DNA of 64,000 bases from a bacterium (GCA_030149525.1 JASBRJ010000054.1:599-64598); one strand, 5' to 3'. Shown: positions 36,790 to 46,353, counted from the first letter of the stretch. Notes: generated by a model not told the origin, from the sequence alone. Numbers and translations: made by a program.

Positions 36790-37817
36790 ACATGTGGACC
36801 CGCAGCGGACTTCTGTTCGGAAAAATGTGGGAGGACTCAGATGTTGAGTACAAGCTGTTGCAGCAGGTCCTCGCCCGCAAAGGCAAATGCCGCGCTCTTT
36901 GCATCGCGTCTTCCGGTGATACGGCGTTTCATCTTGCCTCCGCCTCCCAAGCCGAAATTACGGCGTTCGACATCAATCCTTCTCAGATCTCTCTGTGCCG
37001 GCTCAAGCAAGCGATCCTCTCTCAGGGCGGCGGGAAAGCTTTGGCCGACCTTCTCTATTCCGACGCTCGCCCGGCCCTGGGAGTCTATAGGCTGCCTGAA
37101 GAGTGCGGGATTTTCTGGCAGCGACACAAGCCACTACTCAAGAGCGGCTTTCATCGGGCGGGTCGAGTCGACAAGATGATGGCTTTCTGGGTCTGGTTGT
37201 TCTCAAAACTTGTGGTCTCCCGCTCGCGGATCGACCAGCTTCTCAGCTGTGCCGACCTTGACCAACAAAAGGCCCTGGTGGACGGTCAATGGCGAGGCTG
37301 GAAATGGGACCTGGGCCTCAAAGTGGCTTTTTGGCCACCCATCCTTCGGGCCATCTACGGTTCTGAACTGGTGAGCGGTTTGCCCCCCGATTTCGGAGAG
37401 CAGATAGGGCAGAGAATGGTGAGGTTTTTGACCGAGTTCGAAGCCGATAAAAATCCCTACCTCTGGCAAACCTTCGGGCCCCCACGCTTGGGTCGTTCCC
37501 TTCCTCCCTACTTGAAGAGTTGGGGCATGGTGAATTTTCAAGCCGGTACGATGGAGCAGGTGGCTGAGGGGCCGTACGACCTCTTCACCCTTTCCAATAT
37601 TCTGGAAGTCGCGTCCCCATCCCAAATTCAAGAGCTGCTAGAGTCGGTGTTAAAATCGGCCGCACCGGGCGCTCTGGTCTGCTTGCGCTTCATGGCACCG
37701 CGCCCTCGGGTATGGAAAGACCAAGAATATCTAGAGGAAGAAAGCTCTGAGGCGACCCGCTCCGATCGAGCCTTCTTCTGTAACGGTATACAGCTTTATC
37801 GGATGCCGTCAGCCTAA
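36768..37817 (+). CDS. DUF3419 / BtaA-like protein (S-adenosylmethionine:diacylglycerol 3-amino-3-carboxypropyltransferase family)
   Basis: N-terminal FGKMWEDSDVEYKLL motif and overall length (~350 aa) fit DUF3419. Confidence 0.5.
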   Translation: MDTFQTVNMWTRSGLLFGKMWEDSDVEYKLLQQVLARKGKCRALCIASSGDTAFHLASASQAEITAFDINPSQISLCRLKQAILSQGGGKALADLLYSDARPALGVYRLPEECGIFWQRHKPLLKSGFHRAGRVDKMMAFWVWLFSKLVVSRSRIDQLLSCADLDQQKALVDGQWRGWKWDLGLKVAFWPPILRAIYGSELVSGLPPDFGEQIGQRMVRFLTEFEADKNPYLWQTFGPPRLGRSLPPYLKSWGMVNFQAGTMEQVAEGPYDLFTLSNILEVASPSQIQELLESVLKSAAPGALVCLRFMAPRPRVWKDQEYLEEESSEATRSDRAFFCNGIQLYRMPSA

Positions 37818-37933
37818 GCACAGTCGACCGACCCGAGCCATTTTTTTTTGACCCTTTACAGATCTCTTCAAACGGGTTAGACTTCGAACTCTAAAGAACG
37901 AACAAAAATTCACGTAAAGGAGTTCGCGCAAAA

Positions 37934-39430
37934 ATGAGCGATACGCAAACAAAGAACGCCCCGGCCAAAGGACAACCCAAGACAGCCGTCCCCATTACCG
38001 TGGCCCACGGTGATGGAATCGGACCAGAGATCATGGGTGCAACTCTGCACATACTTCGAGAGGCGGGAGCTCTACTCGATATTGAAACTATCGATATCGG
38101 CGAGAGCGTCTACAAAGCCGGCTTCTCCTCCGGAATCAAGCCCGAAGCTTGGGATTCGCTCCGTCGGACCGGGGTATTTTTGAAAGCCCCCATCACCACT
38201 CCGCAGGGTGGCGGATACAAGAGTCTCAACGTGACCGTGAGGAAAAGCCTCGGTCTCTATGCGAATCTCAGGCCTTGTGTCGCCTATGCGCCCTACGTTC
38301 ACACCAAGCACCCCGGCATGGACGTCGTTATTGTGAGGGAGAACGAAGAAGACTTGTACGCAGGTATTGAGCACCGCCAGACCGGTGAGGTCTATCAGTG
38401 CCTCAAACTCATCTCTCGACCAGGTTGTGAGAAGGTTGTGCGATACGCTTTTGAATTCGCCCGGTCTCAGGGTCGGAAAAAAGTGACTTGCTTTACCAAA
38501 GACAACATCATGAAACTGACCGACGGTCTCTTTCATAAAGTCTTCGACGAAATTGCTCAGGAGTATTCCGACATCGAAAACGAGCATTGGATCGTGGATA
38601 TCGGAGCGGCGAAGTTGGCGGATACCCCAAGTCAGTTCGACGTTGTGGTGATGCCCAACCTTTATGGGGATATTCTCTCCGACGTGGCCGCTCAAATCGC
38701 AGGCTCCGTGGGGCTGGCAGGCTCGGCCAACATCGGCGAACACTGCGCCATGTTCGAAGCCATTCACGGCTCGGCACCTCGTCGCGCCGGTCAAAACATG
38801 GCCAATCCTTCCGGTCTGCTCCAAGGCTCGCTTTTGATGCTTGATCATATCGGACAATCCGATGTTGCGGCCAGAATCCAAGATGCCTGGCTCAAGACTC
38901 TCGAAGACGGCTATCACACCTATGACATCGCGACTCCGGAGCACACCAAGGAAACCGTCGGTACGAAAGAATTCGCAGAACATGTTGTGAAGCGTCTAGG
39001 TCAGAAGCCGGAGAAACTCCAGGGGCGAAAGATGTCGGGCTCGAGCTTTAAAGTCCCCACGGCCAAGAGACCTCTTCTCGACCGCGCGTCGCTGAAGAAA
39101 ACCACCCTGGGCGTCGACGTCTTCCTACACTGTTGCGACACCGATGCCGAGAAGCTCGGTACGAGACTTCATGCCAGCTCAACCTCCCAACTGGAACTGA
39201 AGATGATCACCAATCGAGGTCAGAAAGTTTGGCCCGACGGAATGCCGGAAACCTTCTGCACCGACCATTGGCGTTGCCGCTTCGTTCATCCGGAGGGCAA
39301 GGAGATCACCAATCGAGATGTGGTGGAACTGTTGGATAAGCTAGAGTCCAACGACTTCGACTTCATTAAGACCGAGCACCTTTGCAGTTTCGACGGAGAG
39401 CGCGGCTTTTCCATGGGACAAGGCGAGTAA
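37934..39430 (+). CDS. icd: Isocitrate dehydrogenase, homodimeric ICDH/IPMDH family, with a ~140-aa C-terminal extension
   Basis: GDGIGPEIM, LRPCVAY, NLYGDILSD and GSAPRRAG motifs are present. AAAGGAG Shine-Dalgarno upstream. Confidence 0.85.
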   Translation: MSDTQTKNAPAKGQPKTAVPITVAHGDGIGPEIMGATLHILREAGALLDIETIDIGESVYKAGFSSGIKPEAWDSLRRTGVFLKAPITTPQGGGYKSLNVTVRKSLGLYANLRPCVAYAPYVHTKHPGMDVVIVRENEEDLYAGIEHRQTGEVYQCLKLISRPGCEKVVRYAFEFARSQGRKKVTCFTKDNIMKLTDGLFHKVFDEIAQEYSDIENEHWIVDIGAAKLADTPSQFDVVVMPNLYGDILSDVAAQIAGSVGLAGSANIGEHCAMFEAIHGSAPRRAGQNMANPSGLLQGSLLMLDHIGQSDVAARIQDAWLKTLEDGYHTYDIATPEHTKETVGTKEFAEHVVKRLGQKPEKLQGRKMSGSSFKVPTAKRPLLDRASLKKTTLGVDVFLHCCDTDAEKLGTRLHASSTSQLELKMITNRGQKVWPDGMPETFCTDHWRCRFVHPEGKEITNRDVVELLDKLESNDFDFIKTEHLCSFDGERGFSMGQGE

Positions 39431-39454
39431 CATCACGTTCAAGGAGCTGAGAGA

Positions 39455-40924
39455 ATGTCTTATTTAGAAATGTCGGCAGAAGTACAGGCCCTGTTGAGGG
39501 TGAGCTATTCCCTACTCACACTTCTTATGCTCGGTCTGAGTTTCCCCAATTCCCATCGTTTTTTTTCCACGGAAAAATACCGCGGATACGCCGAATCAGG
39601 ACGAATCAAAGACATTCTTCTCAGCCCTTGGGGTCGGGTTATCTTGCTATCGGTTTGGGTCTCGGCCTCGTGCTGGCTCTTAATGGGCCGATATACCGTT
39701 GTAGCAGCTCTGATCTGCCTTGGTCTATCTCGCTACTTTTTCGTGAGCGCCCGTTGGACAAGCATCGCTCGCGGGATGGGAGCTCCAGGTTTCATGCTCT
39801 ACTGGCTTGGAGCTCTCGTCTTCCTTCTGGAGTACAGTTCAAAATTCGAGCCGACCGGTTACCTTCGCGCCCTGGTGCTCCTGGCGTTCAAGATCGATTT
39901 CGCCGTTATCTTCCTCTGCGCCGGACAGTATAAACTTTTCTCGGGCTACCCCCAGAACAACGGTATGGAGCGTGGGATGGTCAACCCAGGGTGGGGATAC
40001 TGGTGGAAACAGTATCGGCGTCTACCCCCCGGTCACCCTGTCTTTCGAACACTCAATCATCTCGCCTACCTCACGGAAATTGCCACAGCTGTTCTTATGA
40101 TGATTCCGAGATTTTCGGAACTAGGGGCTCTCACGCTTGCCGCCACATTCGTGTTCATTGGATGCAACATCCGGCTGGGATTTCTGTGCGAGACGGTTAT
40201 TGCTTGCTGCTTCTTATTCGGCGCTCCCGGCGGCGTCATAGACACTGTGGCGAAGTGGTTCTTCACATCCCCGCCATCCAGTGCCGGCATAACCGCTCTG
40301 GCCCCTCTCAACCTTTTCATCGCAGGCTTCCTATGTTTCTACATCCTCATGCTACCGGTGACGAAAGCCGGGCTGTATTACAACTTCTACGCTCGTAAGA
40401 GATTGCCCCAGAAATGGCAAGCGTGGCAAGACTACTGGGCCAACCTGATGGGAATCATCATCTGGCGAGTGTTCACAATCGATAACACGAACTTTTATGT
40501 GCAGGCTTGGTTTGAAAATAAGAAGACCGGTGAGCGAAGGCTCTACTCCAAAATCGGTAAGCTCGATCCGGAAGCCGATTTTCGCTACCTTCATGTTTGT
40601 GAATACGTTTGTTTCGCCTCGGTTTTCACGACCCTGAAGTACTTCCCGAGCAACTCCAACCTTTTCGTGACGAGGCTTTTGAGATACGCAAAAAGCATCC
40701 CGGTTCCCGATGAGCATGTCCTGGTCTTTGAGTATATCGATATCCAGAAAACAGAGGCGGAGTTCCGAGACGTGTCCAGTCGAGAATTTCTAGTGAATCC
40801 GGCCAACAACGAAGTGGTGGAGAAAAGCCTGGCAGACGGTAAAAGCACAACCGATCACCTGCGTTTTTCCGAACTTCACCAGGGCCATCGTGTGGGCTCC
40901 TACGCCCCCGCCGAGGCCGAGTAA
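39455..40924 (+). CDS. Polytopic membrane protein, possibly HTTM-domain-like
   Basis: At least 8 predicted TM helices. Sits 24 nt downstream of icd on the same strand. Confidence 0.5.
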   Translation: MSYLEMSAEVQALLRVSYSLLTLLMLGLSFPNSHRFFSTEKYRGYAESGRIKDILLSPWGRVILLSVWVSASCWLLMGRYTVVAALICLGLSRYFFVSARWTSIARGMGAPGFMLYWLGALVFLLEYSSKFEPTGYLRALVLLAFKIDFAVIFLCAGQYKLFSGYPQNNGMERGMVNPGWGYWWKQYRRLPPGHPVFRTLNHLAYLTEIATAVLMMIPRFSELGALTLAATFVFIGCNIRLGFLCETVIACCFLFGAPGGVIDTVAKWFFTSPPSSAGITALAPLNLFIAGFLCFYILMLPVTKAGLYYNFYARKRLPQKWQAWQDYWANLMGIIIWRVFTIDNTNFYVQAWFENKKTGERRLYSKIGKLDPEADFRYLHVCEYVCFASVFTTLKYFPSNSNLFVTRLLRYAKSIPVPDEHVLVFEYIDIQKTEAEFRDVSSREFLVNPANNEVVEKSLADGKSTTDHLRFSELHQGHRVGSYAPAEAE

Positions 40925-40928
40925 GAGA

Positions 40929-41588
40929 CTACGGCTTGACGGATTTGGCCTTGGGTTCGAACCGGTAGATATCGGAGATTCCGTGCTGGCTCGTGACCTT
41001 CTCGGCCACATCTTTCAAGATGCCGTTGGAGATATCGTAAACCCATCCGTGAACATAGGGGAGCTTTCGCTTTTGCCAGGACTCTTGAATGATGGAAGTG
41101 GCGCACAGGTTGTTCACCTGCTCGATGACGTTCAACTCCACCAGACGACGGAGGCGTTCGTCTTCGTCTTCAATAGCCTCAAGCTCGTCCCGGTGCAAGC
41201 GACGGACATCCTTAATGTGGTTCAACCAGTTGTCGATCATACCGTGGCTCTTGTTGGAGAGCGAGGCGGCCACGCCACCGCAGCCATAGTGACCGCAGAC
41301 GACAACAAGCTTAACCTCCAACACGTTCACGGCGTACTCCAAGACGCTGAGACAGTTCAGATCGGTGTGGACCACCACGTTAGCAATGTTGCGATGGACA
41401 AAAACCTCGCCCGGCAGAGTACCTGTGATCTGATTGGCCGGGACTCGGCTATCAGCGCAACCGATCCAAAGCGCTTTAGGCTTTTGGGTTTCAGATAGAG
41501 ACGAGAAAAACTCGGGATTGTGAAGGTTGGTCAACTCCACAAATTTGCGATTTCCGTCTTTCAGTTGCTTGTATGTATCTTCGGGCAT
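40929..41588 (-). CDS. Beta-class carbonic anhydrase
   Basis: Zinc-ligand motifs IGCADSRV and VCGHYGCGG. AAGGAG Shine-Dalgarno before the ATG at 41588. Confidence 0.8.
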   Translation of the reverse strand: MPEDTYKQLKDGNRKFVELTNLHNPEFFSSLSETQKPKALWIGCADSRVPANQITGTLPGEVFVHRNIANVVVHTDLNCLSVLEYAVNVLEVKLVVVCGHYGCGGVAASLSNKSHGMIDNWLNHIKDVRRLHRDELEAIEDEDERLRRLVELNVIEQVNNLCATSIIQESWQKRKLPYVHGWVYDISNGILKDVAEKVTSQHGISDIYRFEPKAKSVKP

Positions 41589-41682
41589 GGTAATCTCCTT
41601 GTCTGAAGATTCCGTGAATCCGAGACGAATTCCCCCGGAAAACAAGCCGTGAATTATGAGGATTTGATGAAGAAACTCCGCC

Positions 41683-42525
41683 CTAAGGATTACACACCGG
41701 ACAGTAGCAAGGGTCGGCTGATTCCCGATTGGCCATCTTCCGGCACTCGCGGTGTTGGCAAACTCGACAGACGAAGACCTCTTCTTTGATACCTTCCGTG
41801 GGATAGTCACAGAGACTGCAAGGTAGGCCTCTCACAACTTCGCGCACCCGAAAACCGGGCGATTGACAGGCGGGGCAGAAACTCCTCAGAGAGGTCACCA
41901 GGTCTCGGGTTGCTTGCTCGATGGCGGACATGCGAGTGGGATTCACCATGGCGCGCATGTCGGCTTCAATAAAGGCTCTTTGCTGCCGCCCCAAGAGAAA
42001 CTCCACAGACTCCTGGAAGATCTGGTGAGTGACGATCCCTTTCTTGAGGAACTCGAACTCTTCCGGTCCCGAACGAACGATAAGACCGTGCTTCGGGAAG
42101 CCGAGCCTTTGGGCGAACTCTTCTGCCTCCTCAAGACTCGACACCCAGCCGGAACGAAAGTTCGTCTTTGTACCGCTCCACCAGCCCTCAACGACCGTTT
42201 CGGTAGCAGCGTCCAGGAGAACGACAAGCTCGCGACCCAGAGGCACGAAAGGTATGACAGGGTGAGGCCCGTAGGCCCCCTCGCTCGCCACCGCCTTCTG
42301 CAAACCGGTCAGTTCAATCGCTTTCCTCGCTTTGGCCACAGCCGTCTCAAATTGGCTGCCCGGCCTTTCTCGCTCCCCCGAAAAGGTACCAAAGTCGTCG
42401 CTTGGGAAGTCTGGCGGCACGGTTATCAGGAGGCCGACCTGTCGCAGATGAGCTGCGATCGCCGCCTCCTTGCCATGCCTTGTGGCCAGAGCGACATCTT
42501 CAAAGGTCGCCTCCTCTTTCGACAC
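41683..42525 (-). CDS. Hypothetical protein with a C-terminal Cys-rich zinc-ribbon
   Basis: C-terminal CPACQ...CSLCDY...CRVCQHRECR...CYCPVCNP gives four or more CxxC pairs. Confidence 0.45.
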   Translation of the reverse strand: MSKEEATFEDVALATRHGKEAAIAAHLRQVGLLITVPPDFPSDDFGTFSGERERPGSQFETAVAKARKAIELTGLQKAVASEGAYGPHPVIPFVPLGRELVVLLDAATETVVEGWWSGTKTNFRSGWVSSLEEAEEFAQRLGFPKHGLIVRSGPEEFEFLKKGIVTHQIFQESVEFLLGRQQRAFIEADMRAMVNPTRMSAIEQATRDLVTSLRSFCPACQSPGFRVREVVRGLPCSLCDYPTEGIKEEVFVCRVCQHRECRKMANRESADPCYCPVCNP

Positions 42526-42529
42526 CGCT

Positions 42530-43012
42530 TTACCTTAGGGCGAGAGGAGAGACAAACTGGAGCTTTTCGGGATGAAGGACCAGGAACTGCCCCCGGTCTC
42601 CCTCCATCCAAGCATGCAGGCGAATCTTCTTCCTGACCAACTGATTCCCCAGCTGTTCAAACGTTGCAAGATGCCTGAACTGTCTCATAACGTGCAAGAA
42701 ATGAGTGTCCGCCTCCAGGAAACGGCAGCCGGAGTGAGTGAAAAAGACGATATCCTTGATCTGGTTTGGGTGGCTCACGAGACTCAGCACCTGTTGAACC
42801 GTGGGCCGCCATTTGTGACCACAGCAACCTCCGGGGTTCTGAATCACCCCGATCGGCTTGGAAGAGCCCAGATAACGGTCCAGTCCAAATCCCGTTTCAC
42901 TGCAGCTAAGACCAAGAATCCCTTCTGCGCGCCCCATTTTGATGTTATTAAAGAGATTCCAGAACGAACCGAGAGAGTCTATCAGTTGCTCCTCAGCTAA
43001 CAGAACACTCAT
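42530..43012 (-). CDS. Divergent beta-carbonic-anhydrase-like protein (Cys-His-Cys ligands retained, Asp/Arg dyad replaced)
   Basis: LSCSETGF and FTHSGCRF align positionally with CADSRV and GHYGCGG of the neighbouring beta-CA. Start placed at MSVLLAEEQ, 2 nt after the IDH2 stop. Confidence 0.35.
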   Translation of the reverse strand: MSVLLAEEQLIDSLGSFWNLFNNIKMGRAEGILGLSCSETGFGLDRYLGSSKPIGVIQNPGGCCGHKWRPTVQQVLSLVSHPNQIKDIVFFTHSGCRFLEADTHFLHVMRQFRHLATFEQLGNQLVRKKIRLHAWMEGDRGQFLVLHPEKLQFVSPLALR

Positions 43013-43013
43013 A

Positions 43014-44519
43014 TCATTCTCCCTGTCCGAGCGAGTAGCCACGCTCTCCGGCAAAAGAGCAAAGATTCTCAGTTTTGATGAAATCGTAGCCCCGTTCCGA
43101 GAGTCGGGTGAGCAATTGAAGGATGTGGGCGTGGTTCACCGCCGAACCCTCGGGATGAACGAATCGGCATCTCCAGTGATCGGTGCAGAACGTCTCCGGA
43201 AGGGGATTGGGCCAAACCTTCTGGCCCCGATTGGTGATCATCTTGATCTTCAATTGCTCCGTGGAAGCCTCTGTGAGACCCAGTCCAAGCCTCTCGGGAT
43301 CAAGATCGGTGTGATGGAGGAAGACGTCAACGCCCATCGTTTCCTTGCGAAGTGCCTTCAGATCGAGAGTGGTTCGCTGAATCTTGGGCTTGGCAACCGA
43401 AGAGTTTTCCGATTTGAGATCGCGAACCGTCAACTGCTTTGGCGCCGAGCCCAGTCTCTCGACAACAGCATCAGCAAACTCGTCTGTACCGACCAATCTG
43501 CGGGTGTGCTCTTGGGTGGAAATGTCGAAGGTGTGAACACCGTCTTCCAGAGTTCGGAGCCAGGCTTTCTGAATTCTTGTTGCCACCTCGGGCTGGCCGA
43601 GATGAACCAACATTTGATTGGCAGCCTGGAGCAGCCCCGACGGATTGGCTTGATTCTTTCCGGCAATCTGGGGAGCCGAACCGTGAATCGCCTCGAACAT
43701 AGCACAGCTCTCCCCGATGTTGGCAGAACCGGCAAGCCCCACCGAACCGGCGATCTGTGCGGCCACGTCGGAGACGATGTCGCCATACAGATTGGGGGTC
43801 ACGATCAGATCAAAATCTTCCGGAGTGTCGGCCAGGCGAGCAACTCCGATGTCAATAATCATGTGGTCCTTCTCCAGCTCGCCGTACTCCGAACCGATCT
43901 CATCAAAAACGCGATGAAAAAGACCGTCGGTAAGCTTCATAATGTTGTCCTTGGTGAAGCAAGTGACTTTTTTTCGACCGTTGGCGCGAGCGTACTCAAA
44001 GGCAAACCTGACGATTTTCTCACAACCCGGTCTGGTGATGAGCTTCAAGCATTGATAGACTTCACCGGTCTGGCGATGCTCAATACCGGCATAGAGGTCC
44101 TCTTCATTCTCCCTGACGATGACCACATCCATACCCGGGTGACGAGTTCTTACGAAAGGTGCGTAAGCGACGCATGGCCTGAGATTGGCGTAGAGCCCAA
44201 GGCTTTTTCGGATGGTGACATTCAGACTTTTGTAGCCTCCACCTTGGGGAGTTGTAATAGGACCCTTCAGGAGAACCCCGCTCTCTCGAATCGCCTCCCA
44301 CGCCTCAGGCCGAATGCCGGAGGTGAATCCCTGCTTGTAGACTTTCTCTCCGATATCGATAGCGGTAATATCGAGCGATGCACCGGCTTCTTTGAGAATT
44401 CGCAGAGTGGCGGACATTATTTCCGGCCCGATTCCGTCACCGTAAGCCACCGCAAGGGCCGGCTTCGTGAGCGTGCCGATCTCCTGACGTTCTGTCCTGT
44501 TTTCTAGAGCAATATTCAT
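43014..44519 (-). CDS. icd: Isocitrate dehydrogenase paralogue (~80% aa identity to the copy at 37934-39430)
   Basis: Same motifs and the same C-terminal extension as the first copy. DNA identity to copy 1 is roughly 75%, which is not recent. Confidence 0.85.
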   Translation of the reverse strand: MNIALENRTERQEIGTLTKPALAVAYGDGIGPEIMSATLRILKEAGASLDITAIDIGEKVYKQGFTSGIRPEAWEAIRESGVLLKGPITTPQGGGYKSLNVTIRKSLGLYANLRPCVAYAPFVRTRHPGMDVVIVRENEEDLYAGIEHRQTGEVYQCLKLITRPGCEKIVRFAFEYARANGRKKVTCFTKDNIMKLTDGLFHRVFDEIGSEYGELEKDHMIIDIGVARLADTPEDFDLIVTPNLYGDIVSDVAAQIAGSVGLAGSANIGESCAMFEAIHGSAPQIAGKNQANPSGLLQAANQMLVHLGQPEVATRIQKAWLRTLEDGVHTFDISTQEHTRRLVGTDEFADAVVERLGSAPKQLTVRDLKSENSSVAKPKIQRTTLDLKALRKETMGVDVFLHHTDLDPERLGLGLTEASTEQLKIKMITNRGQKVWPNPLPETFCTDHWRCRFVHPEGSAVNHAHILQLLTRLSERGYDFIKTENLCSFAGERGYSLGQGE

Positions 44520-44547
44520 CCCAAACCCTCTCCCTTTAACCTTAACT

Positions 44548-44600
44548 TGAACGAAATTTCTTGCACGAATTTCTTTTCGTGTATCATATTTCGCACATTA
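44548..44600. promoter_or_regulatory. Divergent promoter region with short direct repeats between IDH2 and an HTH regulator
   Basis: ACGAAATTTCTT and ACGAATTTCTTTT direct repeats, followed by a TATCAT -10-like element. Confidence 0.3.
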
Positions 44601-44664
44601 ACCCGGTTGGGAGTATCTGTCAACCGCCGCAGGACGGAAATGTTCTCGGGAGAACCTGGGGGCA

Positions 44665-45012
44665 ATGTCTTCAAACTCTTGGACGTTCCTAACCAATCAC
44701 GGGCACCTTCTGCTGTGCCTGGCTGCGGAGCCTGATTTGCGAGTCCGGGAACTTGCTCTAAAGATCGGTATCACCGAGAGAGCTGTTCAGAAAATCATCG
44801 CCGAGATGGTGGAAGACGGCTATCTGGAAAAGCAAAAAGAGGGTCGACGAAACAGCTATCGCGTTGTTATGGGCCGGCACCTCAGGCATCCGGTTGAAGG
44901 TCATCGTCAGGTGGAAGACCTGATTGAAATGGTTCTTGGAGCCGAGGCGGTGGAGGCGGCTCGCCAGGTTTTTTTCGATGAAGAGACCGAAGACGAGTCG
45001 AACTCCCTTTAA
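44665..45012 (+). CDS. Winged helix-turn-helix transcriptional regulator (MarR/ArsR-like)
   Basis: LRVRELALKIGITERAVQKIIAEMVEDGYLEKQKEGRRNSYR is an HTH plus wing pattern. Confidence 0.55.
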   Translation: MSSNSWTFLTNHGHLLLCLAAEPDLRVRELALKIGITERAVQKIIAEMVEDGYLEKQKEGRRNSYRVVMGRHLRHPVEGHRQVEDLIEMVLGAEAVEAARQVFFDEETEDESNSL

Positions 45013-45380
45013 CTTAAAGATCTCTTTAGGTTTTGTTCAGGATCGAAGTCACTGCTAGAGTTAAGATCCTGACACCAAGACAACTCGGGAGATCTTTCTT
45101 TGCTCAGCTCTTCTTTCACTCCATCGACATTGCTCGGTTCCTCTTTGGGGACGTTTCATTCCCAACATCGCCGAAAGCGCAGGAGAAAGCGTCGCCGCCC
45201 ACCCCTGACAGTCGTTTTTTTATTGGGGGGTATCGTGGGTTACGCGTTAGCGCAAAAAGGCCTCAACAAGGGCGAAAGTGACTCAGAGAACTCGGAAGAA
45301 TCGGTTCCAACCTCCCCCGACCAGGAATAGTTCTTACCACGCAAAAGCCGAGAGGACCCATTCTCAGGAGTTCTCCTCAC

Positions 45381-45581
45381 ATGCCTCCCAAACGTTGCGA
45401 TCTCAAACCGGGCAGTCGCGTCCGCATCGTATTGAAGAAAGATCAGAAAACCGGTGCCTTGACCGAGGGAATCGTTCAAGAGATCCTGACCAAGTCGGCC
45501 CAGCATCCACACGGAATCAAGGTGAGACTCAAGAGCGGTGAAGTGGGCCGAGTGAAAGCCGTTTGGCATGCCGACGGTTGA
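45381..45581 (+). CDS. YwbE-family small protein (DUF2196)
   Basis: Matches the YwbE family pattern ...GALTEGIVQEILTKSAQHPHGIKVRLKSGEVGRVK. Confidence 0.6.
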   Translation: MPPKRCDLKPGSRVRIVLKKDQKTGALTEGIVQEILTKSAQHPHGIKVRLKSGEVGRVKAVWHADG

Positions 45582-46353
45582 GGAGAACTACGCCTTCTGG
45601 AACGATCGCTTCGACTGGTCGAACCATCGCGGTGATGTTTGGTCCAGGGAATGGGGAGGCCCCACCAATCAGTGGTACTGGTGTGTCTATCCAAGAATCC
45701 GCCGGCAACTCCCCACCGGGACGATCCTGGAAATCGGTCCGGGCCAGGGTCGATGGACTCACTTTCTTCTCCCCTACTGTGAGCGGCTGGTTCTTGTGGA
45801 CATCTCTCACCGCTGCATCGAGGTCTGCCGGGACCGGTTCGGCAAGGCCGCGGTCGAGTGTCATGTGGGCGACGGCCGAACCCTCTCTTTTCAGGAAGAT
45901 GAGAGCGTGGATTTCGTGTTCAGTTTCGAGTCGCTCGTCCATACGGAAATCCTTGATCTCACCTCTTATCTCAAGGAGGTTGCTCGAGTTCTCAAACCCA
46001 AAGGCCGGGCCTTTCTCCACCACTCAAACCTCGGCCACTATCCTCGGTACTACGGGTTGGTAAACGGGATTCCCGGAAGTTTACGGACCACTCTCCAGGG
46101 GCGAGGCGTGCTGGATTTCGATGGTTGGCGAGCCCTTTCCGTCAGCGCCGAAAAAGTGAGACGGGGCGCCGAGCAAGAGCAGTTGACCGTGCATTCTCAG
46201 GAGCTGGTTCCCTGGGGCGGGAAACGCCTTATCGACTGCTTTACAAGCCTTGGGAAAGGCACCGCCGCAGAGACCAAAGTTTATGAAAATCACGAATTTG
46301 CAGAGCGGGCTCGCGAAGTGAAAACCATTTCAGACGCCTATGAGATTCGCTGA
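45568..46353 (+). CDS. Class I SAM-dependent methyltransferase
   Basis: Motif I ILEIGPGQGRW and post-I LVLVDIS. Confidence 0.65.
   Translation: MPTVEENYAFWNDRFDWSNHRGDVWSREWGGPTNQWYWCVYPRIRRQLPTGTILEIGPGQGRWTHFLLPYCERLVLVDISHRCIEVCRDRFGKAAVECHVGDGRTLSFQEDESVDFVFSFESLVHTEILDLTSYLKEVARVLKPKGRAFLHHSNLGHYPRYYGLVNGIPGSLRTTLQGRGVLDFDGWRALSVSAEKVRRGAEQEQLTVHSQELVPWGGKRLIDCFTSLGKGTAAETKVYENHEFAERAREVKTISDAYEIR

Noticed and set aside
41863-42636. 257-aa plus-strand ORF
   Set aside because: It is antisense to the two minus-strand genes 41683-42525 and 42530-43012, which sit in an operon with IDH2. Its translation is low-complexity.
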